A DNA stretch of 64,000 nt from Sphyrna mokarran (lineage: Eukaryota). Under the pieces are notes generated by a model that saw only the letters and a program-made list of their open reading frames with translations, was not told the DNA's origin and ran no database searches. Position 1 is the first letter of the stretch. Every line of letters begins with the position of its first letter. The stretch spans positions 73,098,001 through 73,162,000 of the forward strand of contig JAGIQG010000015.1 in assembly GCA_024679065.1 (NCBI GenBank), written 5' to 3'. Made by a program: the position numbers and the translations under genes. This document shows, piece after piece, positions 26,285 through 37,964 of this stretch.

Positions 26285-26500
26285 CAAAGAACAACACAGC
26301 ACGGGAAACAGGCCCTTCGGCCCAACGAGCCCGCACCGCCATCCTAACGTCTTAATGACATAGAGACCAATATAGGGACAATTTGTTACCCAATCAGCCT
26401 AAGAGCACATTTTTGGGATGTGGGAGGAAACCGGAGCACCCGGAGAAAACCCACGCAACCACGGGGAGAACGCGCAAACTCCCGCAGACACAGGCCCAAA
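26285..26500 (-). mobile_element. 5'-truncated CpG-rich V-type SINE
   Basis: V-core with many intact CpGs and a variant tail; inserted in an older LINE fragment. Confidence 0.65.
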
Positions 26501-26877
26501 TCCATGTGTCTGCACAGCAACAGCAATAGTCTCTGAGCTGTCATGTTGCCCATCTGATGGTCCAGTTTAAACATACACTAATGACGTGAAGCACTAGGCC
26601 ACTCCTGAAGTGTAAGATCAATGTGTTGCTTAACAGGAATCAATGTGTCAGTGATGGGTGCAACTGGACTTGCTAAGGGTTAAGACAGAGGCAGCATAGT
26701 TCGAGATGACCTCAAATTTACACATGTAAATGTGGGTGGGCAGGATAGAGGAATATGTGGGCAGGAAAACGTGCAATAGTTAGACTTAGAGGTAGCAAAA
26801 GTACAGATGAGGGTTTCAAGCATGGCTGAACCGAGGCAAATATGAGCCAGATAATGCTACAGAGCGGAAATACGCAA

Positions 26878-27200
26878 TCATAGAATCCCTAATAGTACGG
26901 AAAGAGGCCTTTTTGGCCCATCAAGCCTGCACTGACGACACACCCACCCAGGCCGTTTTCCCGTAACCCCATGCATTAACCCTGCTAATCCTCGACACTA
27001 AAGGCAACTTAGCATGGCCGATCAACTCAACCTGCATATCTTTGGAATGTGGGAGGAAACCAAAGCACTCGGAGGAAACTCATGCAAACACGGGTGAATG
27101 CGGAGACTCCACACAAACTGTCACCTGAAGCCAGAATTGAACTTGGGTCTCTGGTGCTGTGAGGCAGCAGTGCTAATCACTGTGCCACCATGCCGCCCCC
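26878..27200 (-). mobile_element. HE1/V-type SINE
   Basis: Full-length reverse complement starting at ggcggcatggtggcacag. Confidence 0.8.
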
Positions 27201-28671
27201 TAGAAACAGAGCAGATATTTCATCAGTAGCTGAGCTTAGGGATCAAATGTGACACAAAACTGTGAGCAGTCTGCTTCAAGCTCATGCATTTACCGGAGAG
27301 AAGACTGGAGTTGGTGGAGGGGACCGAAGACAATGGTTCCGCTATTTCCAATATTCAGTTGGAGAGAATTTTTGCTCAAACTGTGCTTTTCAGAAATAAC
27401 CCACCACCTTTTTTTTATATAAGTGTTTGCTGGCATCGCCCCTAAACTGCCCAATTCTTAATTTTAAAGTTTATACTCTTTGGTCTGGACTTTCCCAGAC
27501 CAAAGGAAATAGTTTTCCTCCACTTATAGATACAATCTTTCGATCATAAGTCCCTCAACTAAATTATCTCTTCATTGTCTACATTTAAGGTCAATATAAT
27601 CCTATCTCAATTTAGCCCTTGTCTGCAGCATTACGATGAATCTATGCTGCCTTCCCTGTCCTGAGTGGAACACAATCTTTCCAGATTGATCTATGCTGCT
27701 ACAACATTACTTCTAACATTTGTATTCCAGCCTCCTTAAGATACTGGCTAATATCCTATTAATCTATTTTTTGAACTAATACTCCATCTGTGTGATGTCT
27801 GTAATTGGACCCCTCTGCTCCACCACAGTCCCTAGTTTTTCATCATTTAGAAACTACTGTGATCTATCTTGGTCCAAATTTGATGACCTTGTACCTCTTC
27901 ATGTTAAACTCCATGTGGCAATTTTGCCCACTCTCATAATCCAACAGTGCCTCCTCTGTAATGTTCTACTCTAATTAATATCTTTCATTCACAACACATT
28001 TAATGATACAAATCCACACTATTCACTATCCCACCTAACCTGAATACGTGGTCAATTCCTTCACCCAAGTCATTTATAAATATAATGAAAATCCAATGTC
28101 TTATTGCAGATCCCCACAGACACCACAAGTCACATCCTGGCAATTTGCATATGGTCATTTCCTTTGCTCTCTACTGTCTCTCTCCTAACCACTTCCTTTT
28201 TCGTATCAATGGGTTAGCTTCAATTGCAAGTACTTTGAGAAACTGTGTGACAGCAATGAGAGAGATGGGCAAATTATTGGAAATACTCAGCACATCAAGT
28301 AGCATCAGTGAAGAGAGAACATCTCATGTCATTAAACTCCACAAATAGCATCTCATCTTTTGACTCTGCTCTCTGGAGCCTTCTGGATTCAACATTTAAA
28401 CTGCAGAGTTTGAGATTCCCCATTTTGTTTCATGTTTCTTTTGCTTCTTTTTTTCCCAGTTCCTTTCTTCCTTTACATTTGGGTGGCAGTTATATAGCCA
28501 TTCATACCTCATCTGAGCACATCTTTTGTTTCTTTATCTGTCCTATTGCCATTCCTTTGGCTTTTGCTTCACAAATGTTTTGCAATTTACCTCTCGCCTC
28601 TCCACCCCACTGTTCTTCCCCTTTTCTTGAGCTCATAACCTATTAGATTTCTACCTCCACAGCTCAGGCAG

Positions 28672-28830
28672 TGTCTGTAGAGCAAAGAGTTGATGTTTTA
28701 AGTTGAGATGGCCTTTCATCAGAACTGATAATGGGTCATCTCAAGCTGAAACATCAACTCTGTTTCTTTTTCCACAGATGCTGTCTGACCTAGAGAGTCT
28801 CCATTTCAGATTTTCAGCATCTGCAGCAAA
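28672..28830. mobile_element. Penelope-like terminus with inverted arrangement
   Basis: Arms agagttgatgttttaagttgagatggcc and ggtcatctcaagctgaaacatcaactct. Confidence 0.55.
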
Positions 28831-30442
28831 TTGCTAACTTTCCTCTATATTTCTATCACCATAGATGTGACATGACTGGAGTATTTCCTGCATTTCCTGT
28901 TTTATGGAAAATTGCCTAATACAGGGCGACTCTCTTTTTTCCCCTCCCCAACCATCTTGGTGCTGATTTCAAAATGAATGCAGGACAATTAGACCCAATG
29001 ATCTACCTTGCAAAGACATAATTCTAATTGCACAAACTGGCATTAGTGCCTTAATATAATCCTTAGTGCCCACAGCTTTTCTGAAAAAAGACTAAGTGAA
29101 CTGTATTTGAAACAATTTAGATGTAACCTCAACCGCCAAAACCCTTTCCCCAAAGAAAAATTATACAAAAATCATTGAGACAGATAGAATTGTGGCATGG
29201 AATATTATGATCAAATACACCTGCTTAAAAGAGAAGTTACCACTGGACGCTCAAAGGAGAAATGCACTTTGAGTACGTGTCACGCTAGTGTCACTTGTTA
29301 ACCCATATCTCTTGACTTTTCCCATTGATCCACACAAGTAGTTTCACTTAGGCTGAGCAAAATATCTTGATCACTCTATCCCCACCTCTCCACAAGGAGA
29401 TTTAGTTTTCAGAGTATCCAATCAACATTAGACACGTCATACACAATTTGGAGATGCGAGCATTGGTCTGGGATGGGCACAGTAAGAAGTCTCAACACAA
29501 GGTGAAGCCCACGAGCTTTTGCAGCACTGCTCCTTTTTGTGCAAGCTACTTGAGTTCTTGTCATGGTTTTCAGTTGTTGAATAATTTTAGGCCTGTCCAT
29601 TAAGTGCAAAATACTTTCATGCCATTCAATTCCTTCTTCCTTGAAATCAAGTTATTTTTTGCATTCCCAGCAACGAAGAGTGGTTTATTGCAGGATAATA
29701 AACTGGTTCAATTATTCTACTTTTAAAGAACTTTGCCCATTGCAGTTATTTATGATACAGATTATCAAACAAAAGTGAAATGATTGTTTTAAAAGCATAT
29801 GCATGATACTGAATCCTTTCAGTCATGTCACAATTACAACAGTTCTCCCAATTTAATTACAGCATTGTAATAAATTCCAAATTATGTGTACGCATGTATT
29901 TGTTTTAGACAGCCAGACAATCATTGGCTTGGAGCCTGAAGTTTAGTCATAATTATAGATGATCTGTCAATTACCTCAGTCATTTATGACCAGCTGTTAT
30001 TACCTATTCTTTATCTATTTAGAGAACAGTCTTAAACACAAACATGTCATTTAGCAGCTCCATGCTCCAGACTCCAGCTACTCATGAGCAACAGTTGATC
30101 TGTGTTGGAAGTTTTACAATTGTCTACCAATTGCTCCTATGCTTAAAGAAGTTTTCCAAAAGAATTCTTGTGGTCTTCAACTTATCACCAATGAAAGTAT
30201 TAGCCTTATTGATTCAGATAGGAGATTTGCAATCTCTGTACAATGGAAAGGATAGGGTGATTATGGATTAGCTTTTTGGGATGGGGGAAATACTCCTGTT
30301 CCTCTTTGTGCAGGAACAGTGCTATAAAGGCACACAACTGATGGAAGCAATCCATCTCATCTCCTTGACCTGCCTGCTTCCCACAGCTCAGAAAATATGG
30401 TCAATAATAGAAACCTTGTAAAAAAAAATGCACGCTACTGCT

Positions 30443-31002
30443 TTTAAAAAAGATAACAATTGACTCACCACTCCAGAAAACATCCACCATCACTACTTAA
30501 CAGGCCCCTTCTTTGCCAAATTAGGTAATTCCAGATATTTTATAAGAAAGCATGCACAATAAATAATTTAAACACTGGCTACTGGTACACAAATGCTTAT
30601 CTTAAATTTCTGAAATAAAATATTGAAAGTATTGTTTAACCTCCAATTGATGCCTTGCAACTACATATAGTGCCAAGCAACCTGACAAAGCTCCTCAACT
30701 ATTACCTCAGAGTAATTCCTACATTCAGAGATAATTGCATCACCTGGAATTAAATTCAATTTGGACTGCATCAAGATTAAAACAAATTAATATTGTAAGT
30801 CACTATGTTTATCCCAGCCTGCATTGATAGCAATTTAAATTTTGGGATTAACGTCCTGGAATATCCTCCCAAACAACATTGTGGGTGTACATGCTTTCTT
30901 GTAAAATATCTGGAATTACCTAATTTGGCAAAGAAGGGACCTATTAAGTAGTGATGGGGGGATGTTTTCTGGAGAGATGGGTCAATTGTTGTCTTTTTTA
31001 AA
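30443..31002. repeat. Inverted repeat with about 115-bp arms (30443-30557 and 30887-31002)
   Basis: cttctttgccaaattaggtaattccagatatttt pairs with aaaatatctggaattacctaatttggcaaagaag, and the match extends both ways. Confidence 0.9.
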
Positions 31003-32199
31003 GATAATCATCACCATCTTCTCAAAGGTAGTTAGGGATGGGCACTAAATGTTGGCCTAGCTAGTGACTTGACAGGAACAAAATCATTTTTAAAAGTAGT
31101 TTATGATATAAATTGCTCCATTGATGCCATTTTTAAAACAATTAGGAATGAGAAATTCATCAGAGTCACCAAATCCATGCCTCCTCCACCCCAAACTAAA
31201 GTTATTTCCTCTTTTGATAATGCCCTTTAACACTGAAAGCAAACAGCCCTTAAGGCCCAACTTAAAAACACTGATATAACTTCAACTCTGAAGTAATTTG
31301 GTAAGCTAAAAGGGGATCACTAGTTACAGACAAATGCCTTGTGAAACACACAACGCAGAAAGTGAACTGGATCAGCGACACAAGTCAAAAGATGGGAATT
31401 CTGCAGTGAGTAACTCATTGTCCAACCCCATAAAGCTTCTCCATTGGCAAGGCACAAATCAGGAATGAGATGGAATATTCTTCACTTATCTGGAGGAGTA
31501 CAGCTCCATCAACACAAGAAGCTCAATACCCTCCAGAACAAAGCTTGACCAGCACCTCATCCATGTGCTCCAACATCCTTTCCCTGCACAAATGACACAC
31601 AATGGTTGCAGTGTGCCATCTACAAGATGCACTGCAGCAATTCACCAAGACGCCTTCAACATCACTCCCCCAAACCCATAACCTCTACTCCCTAAAAGAA
31701 AAAGGGCCATAGATGCAGGGGAACACACCACCTGCAAGTTCCCAAAAAAAGACACTGGGACATACGACGACTCAATATTTGACTCTCAAATACACAGGGA
31801 GCCACAACGTTGTTGTTTCTATATTGACCATAAGGCAGAAAGGGAAAGAGATCAACATACAAATGGTTAGAAGATTTATAAAAATAACCCCTTTTTAAAA
31901 AGCGAAAGCTAACAAAATGACAGATACAAGCTCCCCAACATGCATTCTCAGCATAAAATCCAACAGGTTCTATATTGAAGCAAGAAAAAGTCTAAAACAC
32001 TAATAGAAAAACGGGCACAGAATGCCAAAAAGACAACCTTCTCTCCCAATTCAACACGCAACATCAATTCTGATTTCCCAACTACTTTCCAACTGCACCA
32101 AGATCCCTCCACTGTCCCCCCACAAATCATTTTTACATTCAACATCAAACCACAAAATATGAAGGTAAAAAAGCTACGGAACTTAACTAGAACACCGAC

Positions 32200-32307
32200 C
32201 TTTTCACCCTGGAGCGATGGTACGGAGTCACGTAAACTGTGAAAGCTGTCTTTAATGTGATCCCTGCGTTTGCGCTCCAATGCATTGTGGTGTGCTCGTT
32301 TGTCTGC
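32200..32307 (-). CDS. MAX: MAX coding exon 3 (basic region and helix 1)
   Basis: Flanked by tttttcag and gtcggt. 108 nt, [36 protein letters not shown]. Confidence 0.98.
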
Positions 32308-34873
32308 CTGAAAAACAGAATCATACTCGATGAATTATTGTTCCAGAAAGATAAACACAAAGTTTATAATGTCTTTAACATTGGTATTTAAATGGTATTT
32401 AACATTGTTGAAATTGCAAACTACTTTGGTCAAACAAGTTAAATAATATCACTTCTGAATTAAAAAAACAAGAGTGCCTTGAGACTAAGGGAATAAGATT
32501 TTTTTCTCCCGAGTTGACACTCCAACATACTCAATTGCATTATTTCTCTCATTCAGTCCAGATTTCTATTATTAAAATTTCAAAGCAATGATTCTGTTTA
32601 CCTGTGGTACACATTTTAAATGTTAAACTGAGTTAAAACACAATGTGGTTTGCTTATATATAATACTTTTTTATTTCCAAGTGATTAATTTTAACAGTTC
32701 AAGTTTTCTAGTGAATGAACTTGTTTTTCATGTTTTTTATTGTGTCTCCTCAATGTGAGAAGAGCCTGTATTGTGCCTGCTCCAGAATCAGATTACCAGG
32801 ATCACTGAAGTTTCAGTAATTTACATTCTTCACATTTCTAGCTGTAGATTTTATCAATGGCAATGAACACCACAGATATCATTGAAAGATTCGGATTTAA
32901 AGTCTAATTTCCACTTAAGCTGGTGATCAAAACATTTAAAAAAACCCACCATTTTGGCACCTGTGATACTGACAGAGCAGGTCACTTTTTATAATGAAAA
33001 TAGAACAGTTAACAGTCACCATATTACCGGATGACCGTAGGCTGCTCTCCCTTTTGAGGTACAGAGGACTGGTTGTGATTTGACCTGAGGATCATCATAT
33101 CTCGGGTGAGGGACAAGGTTGAGAAGGCAGGCCTTCTTAAATAACCTCAGGTACGGTAATTGAACCTGTGTTATTGGCATCGCTGTGCATCACGATCCAA
33201 CAGAGCTGACTGACCCCAATATTTCTGTAGGAGAAACTCCATTATTTAGAGAAATTTTTCTTCCCTTTGTATTTCAAGCAAAATATTTTTAAACACATTT
33301 GTACGCTGGGGGAAAAATGCCAAAGATAGAGGAACAAATTGGCATACTGGTTATGCAGTTATAGGGTTCACACCCGCGACAATCAAATCATTTGCTTCCC
33401 TATTCGAGCAGCTGACATATACTAAAAGCAGTTATCAATTATAAATAAGGGTAATGAGAGATGCATGCCAACTACAAAGGCACACAACAGCTAATAACTA
33501 AAAAAAACTATTTGCAAGATAAAGCAATGGGAACAAGCAAACATCTTGTAGTTCAATAAATAATATGTGCGACAACACGTATAATATTTTGTGGGCAACT
33601 GTTACTTTCAGTTTGGTTATACAATGACATGGAACATGACAGGCAAATTAAAGCTTTAAATGCAGGAGGTGTACTGTGGAGGGGAGGGCTTGAGTGGAAT
33701 GCTCTGTCAGAGTTGGTGCAGACTCAATTGGTCAAATGGTCTCTCTCTACACTGTAAGGGATTCTATGAATACTATCACTATATTGTTTGACCATTTAGA
33801 CATATTCCAATTCTCCAAAGAGTGACAGCCAATTACTCCACTTTTGTCAAAAGAATTTTAAATTTTGAGCAGAACTTAGTCTATAGATTTATCGCAGATC
33901 CCTACCTGATTAGCAAACGAAATTGTGCTGTAATGAATCCCATTAGCTGAGAAAATCTGATATGTGCACTTTTCCATTAGACGTATTGGTACACAGAAAC
34001 ACTCGGGAACCAAATTCCCCATAACAAAGGAGTGGCATGGGAAAAAAAATCACAATTTTCTTCTCATTATCAACCATTTGGAACTCAAAAGAAGAAAAAT
34101 GTGATAAAAAGAGCATAGGTTCCAATTAATTTACAGTTCATTGCAAGAACTAAACCTGCTTGGTACAATATTACCTCAAAATGATAAAAGAATTAGATTT
34201 GGTGCCCGAGTCGTGTTTCTCCCGTAACCTGTGCATTAAAATAATTATTTTTTCAGTATAATCCCCATTAATCATTCTATTCTCAATAATGTTCTTCACA
34301 TTTATATGGTTCAAGTTTTAACTTTTTTTACATGTCAAGAACCACTTATTTAAATATACAGAAAAATAGGCATGAGATAAATTTAACCTAATCGTGGCCA
34401 ACCCAATGACTGCTAATATTTCTCCCACTACACAAAAAAATCTCACCTCAATACTTAAGATCTGGAGTTAAGCAAATAGGTCACAGAAATCTCAACAACT
34501 TGGCACCATTTTTGCTTAGTTTATGAGGGAGATAACTAAAAGGACTAAGTGTCACTGATCGATGCAACACATTCTTAAAGCCTAAGAATGGACAATAAAC
34601 ACAGATGCATGGGTTGAAGGATCAGAACATCAAATACGAAGACTTCAAATGATGCAGTTGGTATCTTGGTCATCAAGCACAGGCAAAGTTTACACATACA
34701 CAACACTATACATCACAAAAAACATAAATTTCCACATGATCTCAAGGTTCCATTACCAACTAGTTATACTTCACAATTTGAGGGGGCACATAAGCTAGGA
34801 TCATCATGTTTATAAGCCCAGCCATTATCTTTCTAAACATAAGCTGATTTAAGTGCATTATTCTATCTAACTT

Positions 34874-35671
34874 GACAACAGGATCAAGTTGCTAAATTTA
34901 AAGTTGCACTCTAAAAATTATATAGTGCAAGAAATAATACTTTTCACTGCATACTAATACACATGACAATAATAAATTAAATCAAAAGATCAGAGCCAAC
35001 ACTAATTCTGGATAGTAATTATCCATAATAAGTGTGGATTATTTACCCACACTTCCTGGAATCCATTTTGTTTTAGGCACATCATTGAGAAATACTCTAG
35101 TAATTATAATAGTACAACAATCTTATTTACATTTGTTACTGAATTTTTTTTAAGTTTCTGGACGAAGATGAAGAATAGTTCTCAGCAGCTGGTCATCCGA
35201 AACCGCTGTATTGACCATATTTACACAACTGCAAAAGAGGAAGGGAGGGAATAAAAAGCATCACCATGAGTTTGTTACTCTTCCCATTAGTGCAGGTTCT
35301 TCATGTGTTGGACCCCCTTTCACATGAAAAATAGGGGGGGAAAATGGAAAGTGGGCAAAGGAGGAGAGATAAAAAACAAAATGCCATTGAACATTTGGCT
35401 TCACTTCAAGGACTGAATCGATATAAGTAGGACATGCTGAGGCTTGTGGGCACAATGAGTTGCTTCTAAAACACACTGAGGTGGAGAATCTCCTAACATA
35501 AAAAAAAGAGACAGAGAAAGGCTTTCCCCAAGACAACAGGGTCAAGTTGCTAAATTTAAAGTTGCACTCTAAAAATTATATAGTGCAAGAAATAATACTT
35601 TTCACTGCATGCTAATACACATGACAATAATAAATTAAATCAAAAGATCAGAGCCAACACTAATTCTGGAT
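34874..35671. repeat. 140-bp direct repeat (34874-35013 and 35532-35671)
   Basis: Two mismatches seen over 140 bp; 518-bp spacer. Confidence 0.92.
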
Positions 35672-35686
35672 GATCTTTCAAAATTG

Positions 35687-35916
35687 GCAAAATACTGCAG
35701 ATGCTGGAGTCTGAAACAAAAATGGAAAACGCTGGAAAATCTCAGCAGGTCTGACAGCACCTGCGCAGAGAGAGTAGAGCCAACATCGAGTTTGAACTCT
35801 GGCGAAGGGTCACCCAGATTCAAAATGTTGGTTCTACTCTCTCTCTGTCAGGTCTGCTGAGATTTTCCAGCATTTTCTGTTTTTGTTTCAAATTCCAGCA
35901 TCCACGATAGTTTTGC
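35687..35916. mobile_element. Inverted Penelope-like terminal repeat (long hairpin)
   Basis: gatgctggagtctgaaacaaaaatggaaaacgctggaaaatctcagcag versus ctgctgagattttccagcattttctgtttttgtttcaaattccagcatc. Confidence 0.75.
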
Positions 35917-36366
35917 TCTTATTAAATTGAAAGATTGCTAAGTCTTCATAACATCTTAAGTGGTGTCACTCACTAAGGCATCACTGGCTAACTCCTGAGT
36001 CCTTAGCTGGACATGTGCCCAGATTGTGAGGGGGAATGATATTTTCCTTCCAACAACAAAAAAAGACAACTTTACAGGGCATTAAAAAATCTAAATATTT
36101 GGCTATCGATGTATCCTTTAAATGATCAAAGGAAGGCAATATTGATTGAAAAACAAAACCAACAATCCAAAATCTGGTTTCATTTCACATACACACACAA
36201 AAAGACAAGAAAAGCCAAATTAAAAGCTACTGCAGGTTGATGAGAGGGGGTGGGTGTCAAATGTAAGGATTTAATTTTAAAATTAAGGCAACGACGGCTG
36301 TTTTTTTTGGTGGTGGTTGTGGTGGTGGGGGGGACTGGGTCGAGGTTAATCCCTCCATTTACGTAC

Positions 36367-36393
36367 CGCTGTCTGAAAGCTCGGCTGTTCTTC
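36367..36393 (-). CDS. MAX: MAX 27-nt exon 2 (alternative exon distinguishing p22 from p21)
   Basis: Flanked by ttttgcag and gtacgt. Encodes EEQPSFQTA (human EEQPRFQSA) and is frame-preserving. Confidence 0.93.
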
Positions 36394-36449
36394 CTGCAAA
36401 ACAGACAAGTGCACACAATGATCACACACAAGCCGGGAGAGCTTTGTAA

Positions 36450-36630
36450 AAGAGAGAGAGAGAGAGAGAGAAGAATGATAGATAGATAGAATAATAAATG
36501 AAAGAAAGAGAAGAGTAATATAGAAAGAGAATAAAAGAATAATAATAGAGAAAGAGAAAGGAAATAATAAGAGAAAGAGAATAACGATAGAGAAAGGGGA
36601 AAGAGAATCCATAACTAAAGGGAGAAAAAA
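36450..36630. repeat. (GA)n microsatellite and GA-rich low-complexity tract in MAX intron 1
   Basis: About (AG)10 followed by degenerate purine-rich repeats; pyrimidine-rich on the transcribed strand just upstream of exon 2. Confidence 0.8.
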
Positions 36631-36773
36631 AATTATTTTGTTTCCCACAGACGAGGGAAATCCCAACACGTTATTATTTTATTTATTCGTTATTTTCGAC
36701 ACGAATTTCGGAAGATTTTTTTTAAGGAATAATAGCGAAGGGGGGGGGGGGAAGGGAAGCAGGCGAGACTTAC

Positions 36774-36809
36774 GTCGCTTTCGACCTCGATATCATCGTT
36801 ATCGCTCAT
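36774..36809 (-). CDS. MAX: MAX first coding exon
   Basis: aaagcATG, MSDNDDIEVESD, then donor gtaagt. The five exons sum to 483 nt (160 aa plus stop). Confidence 0.97.
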
Positions 36810-36921
36810 GCTTTTCCCTAACAACAACCCTCAAAAATAACAAACCGGGGGATTTTAAAAACTTATCTCTGAGGGGAGGGGGAGGAAAAATTTAAAAAAA
36901 AAACTAAAATAAAAACACTAG

Positions 36922-36945
36922 GCACACACACACACGCGCGCGCGC
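36922..36945. repeat. (CA)n(CG)n alternating purine-pyrimidine tract
   Basis: gcacacacacacacgcgcgcgcgc, 24 bp. Confidence 0.85.
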
Positions 36946-37157
36946 CGGGGACGGGAGAAAACCCCGACAGGAAAAATCGCTCGTGACTCCGACACCAGCT
37001 CCGCCCGACAGGCCGCGGCTTACCTCCTCCTCCTCCTCCGGCACTGCGCATGGGCGCGGCGGGTGCTGCCGGGAGTTGTAGTCCCCTCCTCCCTCCGCTC
37101 CCCGTTCTGGGCTGCGGGTCCCTGGACTACATTTCCCATCATCCCTCCCGTCCCCTT

Positions 37158-37184
37158 GTCTCTCTCTCTCTCTCTCTCTCTCTC
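37158..37184. repeat. (CT)n microsatellite
   Basis: About 13 CT units inside the CpG island. Confidence 0.85.
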
Positions 37185-37964
37185 CCCCCCTCCCCCGGCG
37201 GCCTCCGGTGAGGGCAAGGACCGGATGTTCTTCCAGGAAGCGGAAGTTGCCTCAGAGCGCGGCGCGGGCACCATGAACTCCCCTTGGCCGTCGAGGTAAG
37301 GGCCGGAAGTTTCTCCAGGAACCGGAATTACGTTGGAGCGCGGGGTGTAGTAATGGGGATTACAGTTCCTTCCCGGGATACTACCCTTTCAGGGAAAGGG
37401 CAGGAAGCTGTCCCAGGCATCGAAGTCGCGTCAGAGCGGTAGGGGTTACTACGGTACTCCCTTGGCCGCCGGGGCCAAAGACCGGAAGTTTCTCCAAGAG
37501 TCGGAAGTGCGTCGGAGCGCGAAGCGATGTGGGAGTTGTAGTTCCTCTCTGGCCGCCACCCATTAGGAGAGGAGAGGAAGCCGTTTCCAGGAATCGGAAG
37601 TTACGTCAGAGCTCGGGGGGGGCAGTATGGGAGTTGTAGTTCATTACTACCAGCCTCCATTTCCCGAGGTTCATAGCGGCCCTTGGTGGGCAGGAAACGA
37701 GCAAGATGGTGGGTGGGTTGGAGTTGGGGGAGCTAGTCGTAGACACGTAACTTTCTCTTGCATTGGACTGAAGGAAAAACCCTCAGCCCCCTGGTTGAAT
37801 TTAACGTGGACTCCGAAGCTCCTTTGCATCTTGCAGCTTCTGTTTACCCGGCGCCTCCAACGCAGTGCAGTGTCCCAAGGCCAGGGACCTTGAGGAACTA
37901 AAATAGGACCAGGGGCTGAGGTGAAGGGAGATTATTGCTGGTGACTGGGGAGGGTTCTGAAACC

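Larger units (their letters stand above)
36700..37880. promoter_or_regulatory. CpG-island promoter of MAX
   Basis: The only strongly CpG-rich segment in the window. Has ZNF143-type motifs (ACTACAnnTCCC at about 37070, 37125, 37530, 37628), ETS CGGAAGT motifs (about 37241, 37304, 37483, 37502, 37595), an NRF1-like TGCGCATG at 37045 and a GC box at about 37000. Confidence 0.85.

Noticed and set aside
31948-32199. ORF extension beyond MAX exon 3 ([11 protein letters not shown]...)
   Set aside because: It is read-through past a canonical donor into the intron, with no homology recognised.
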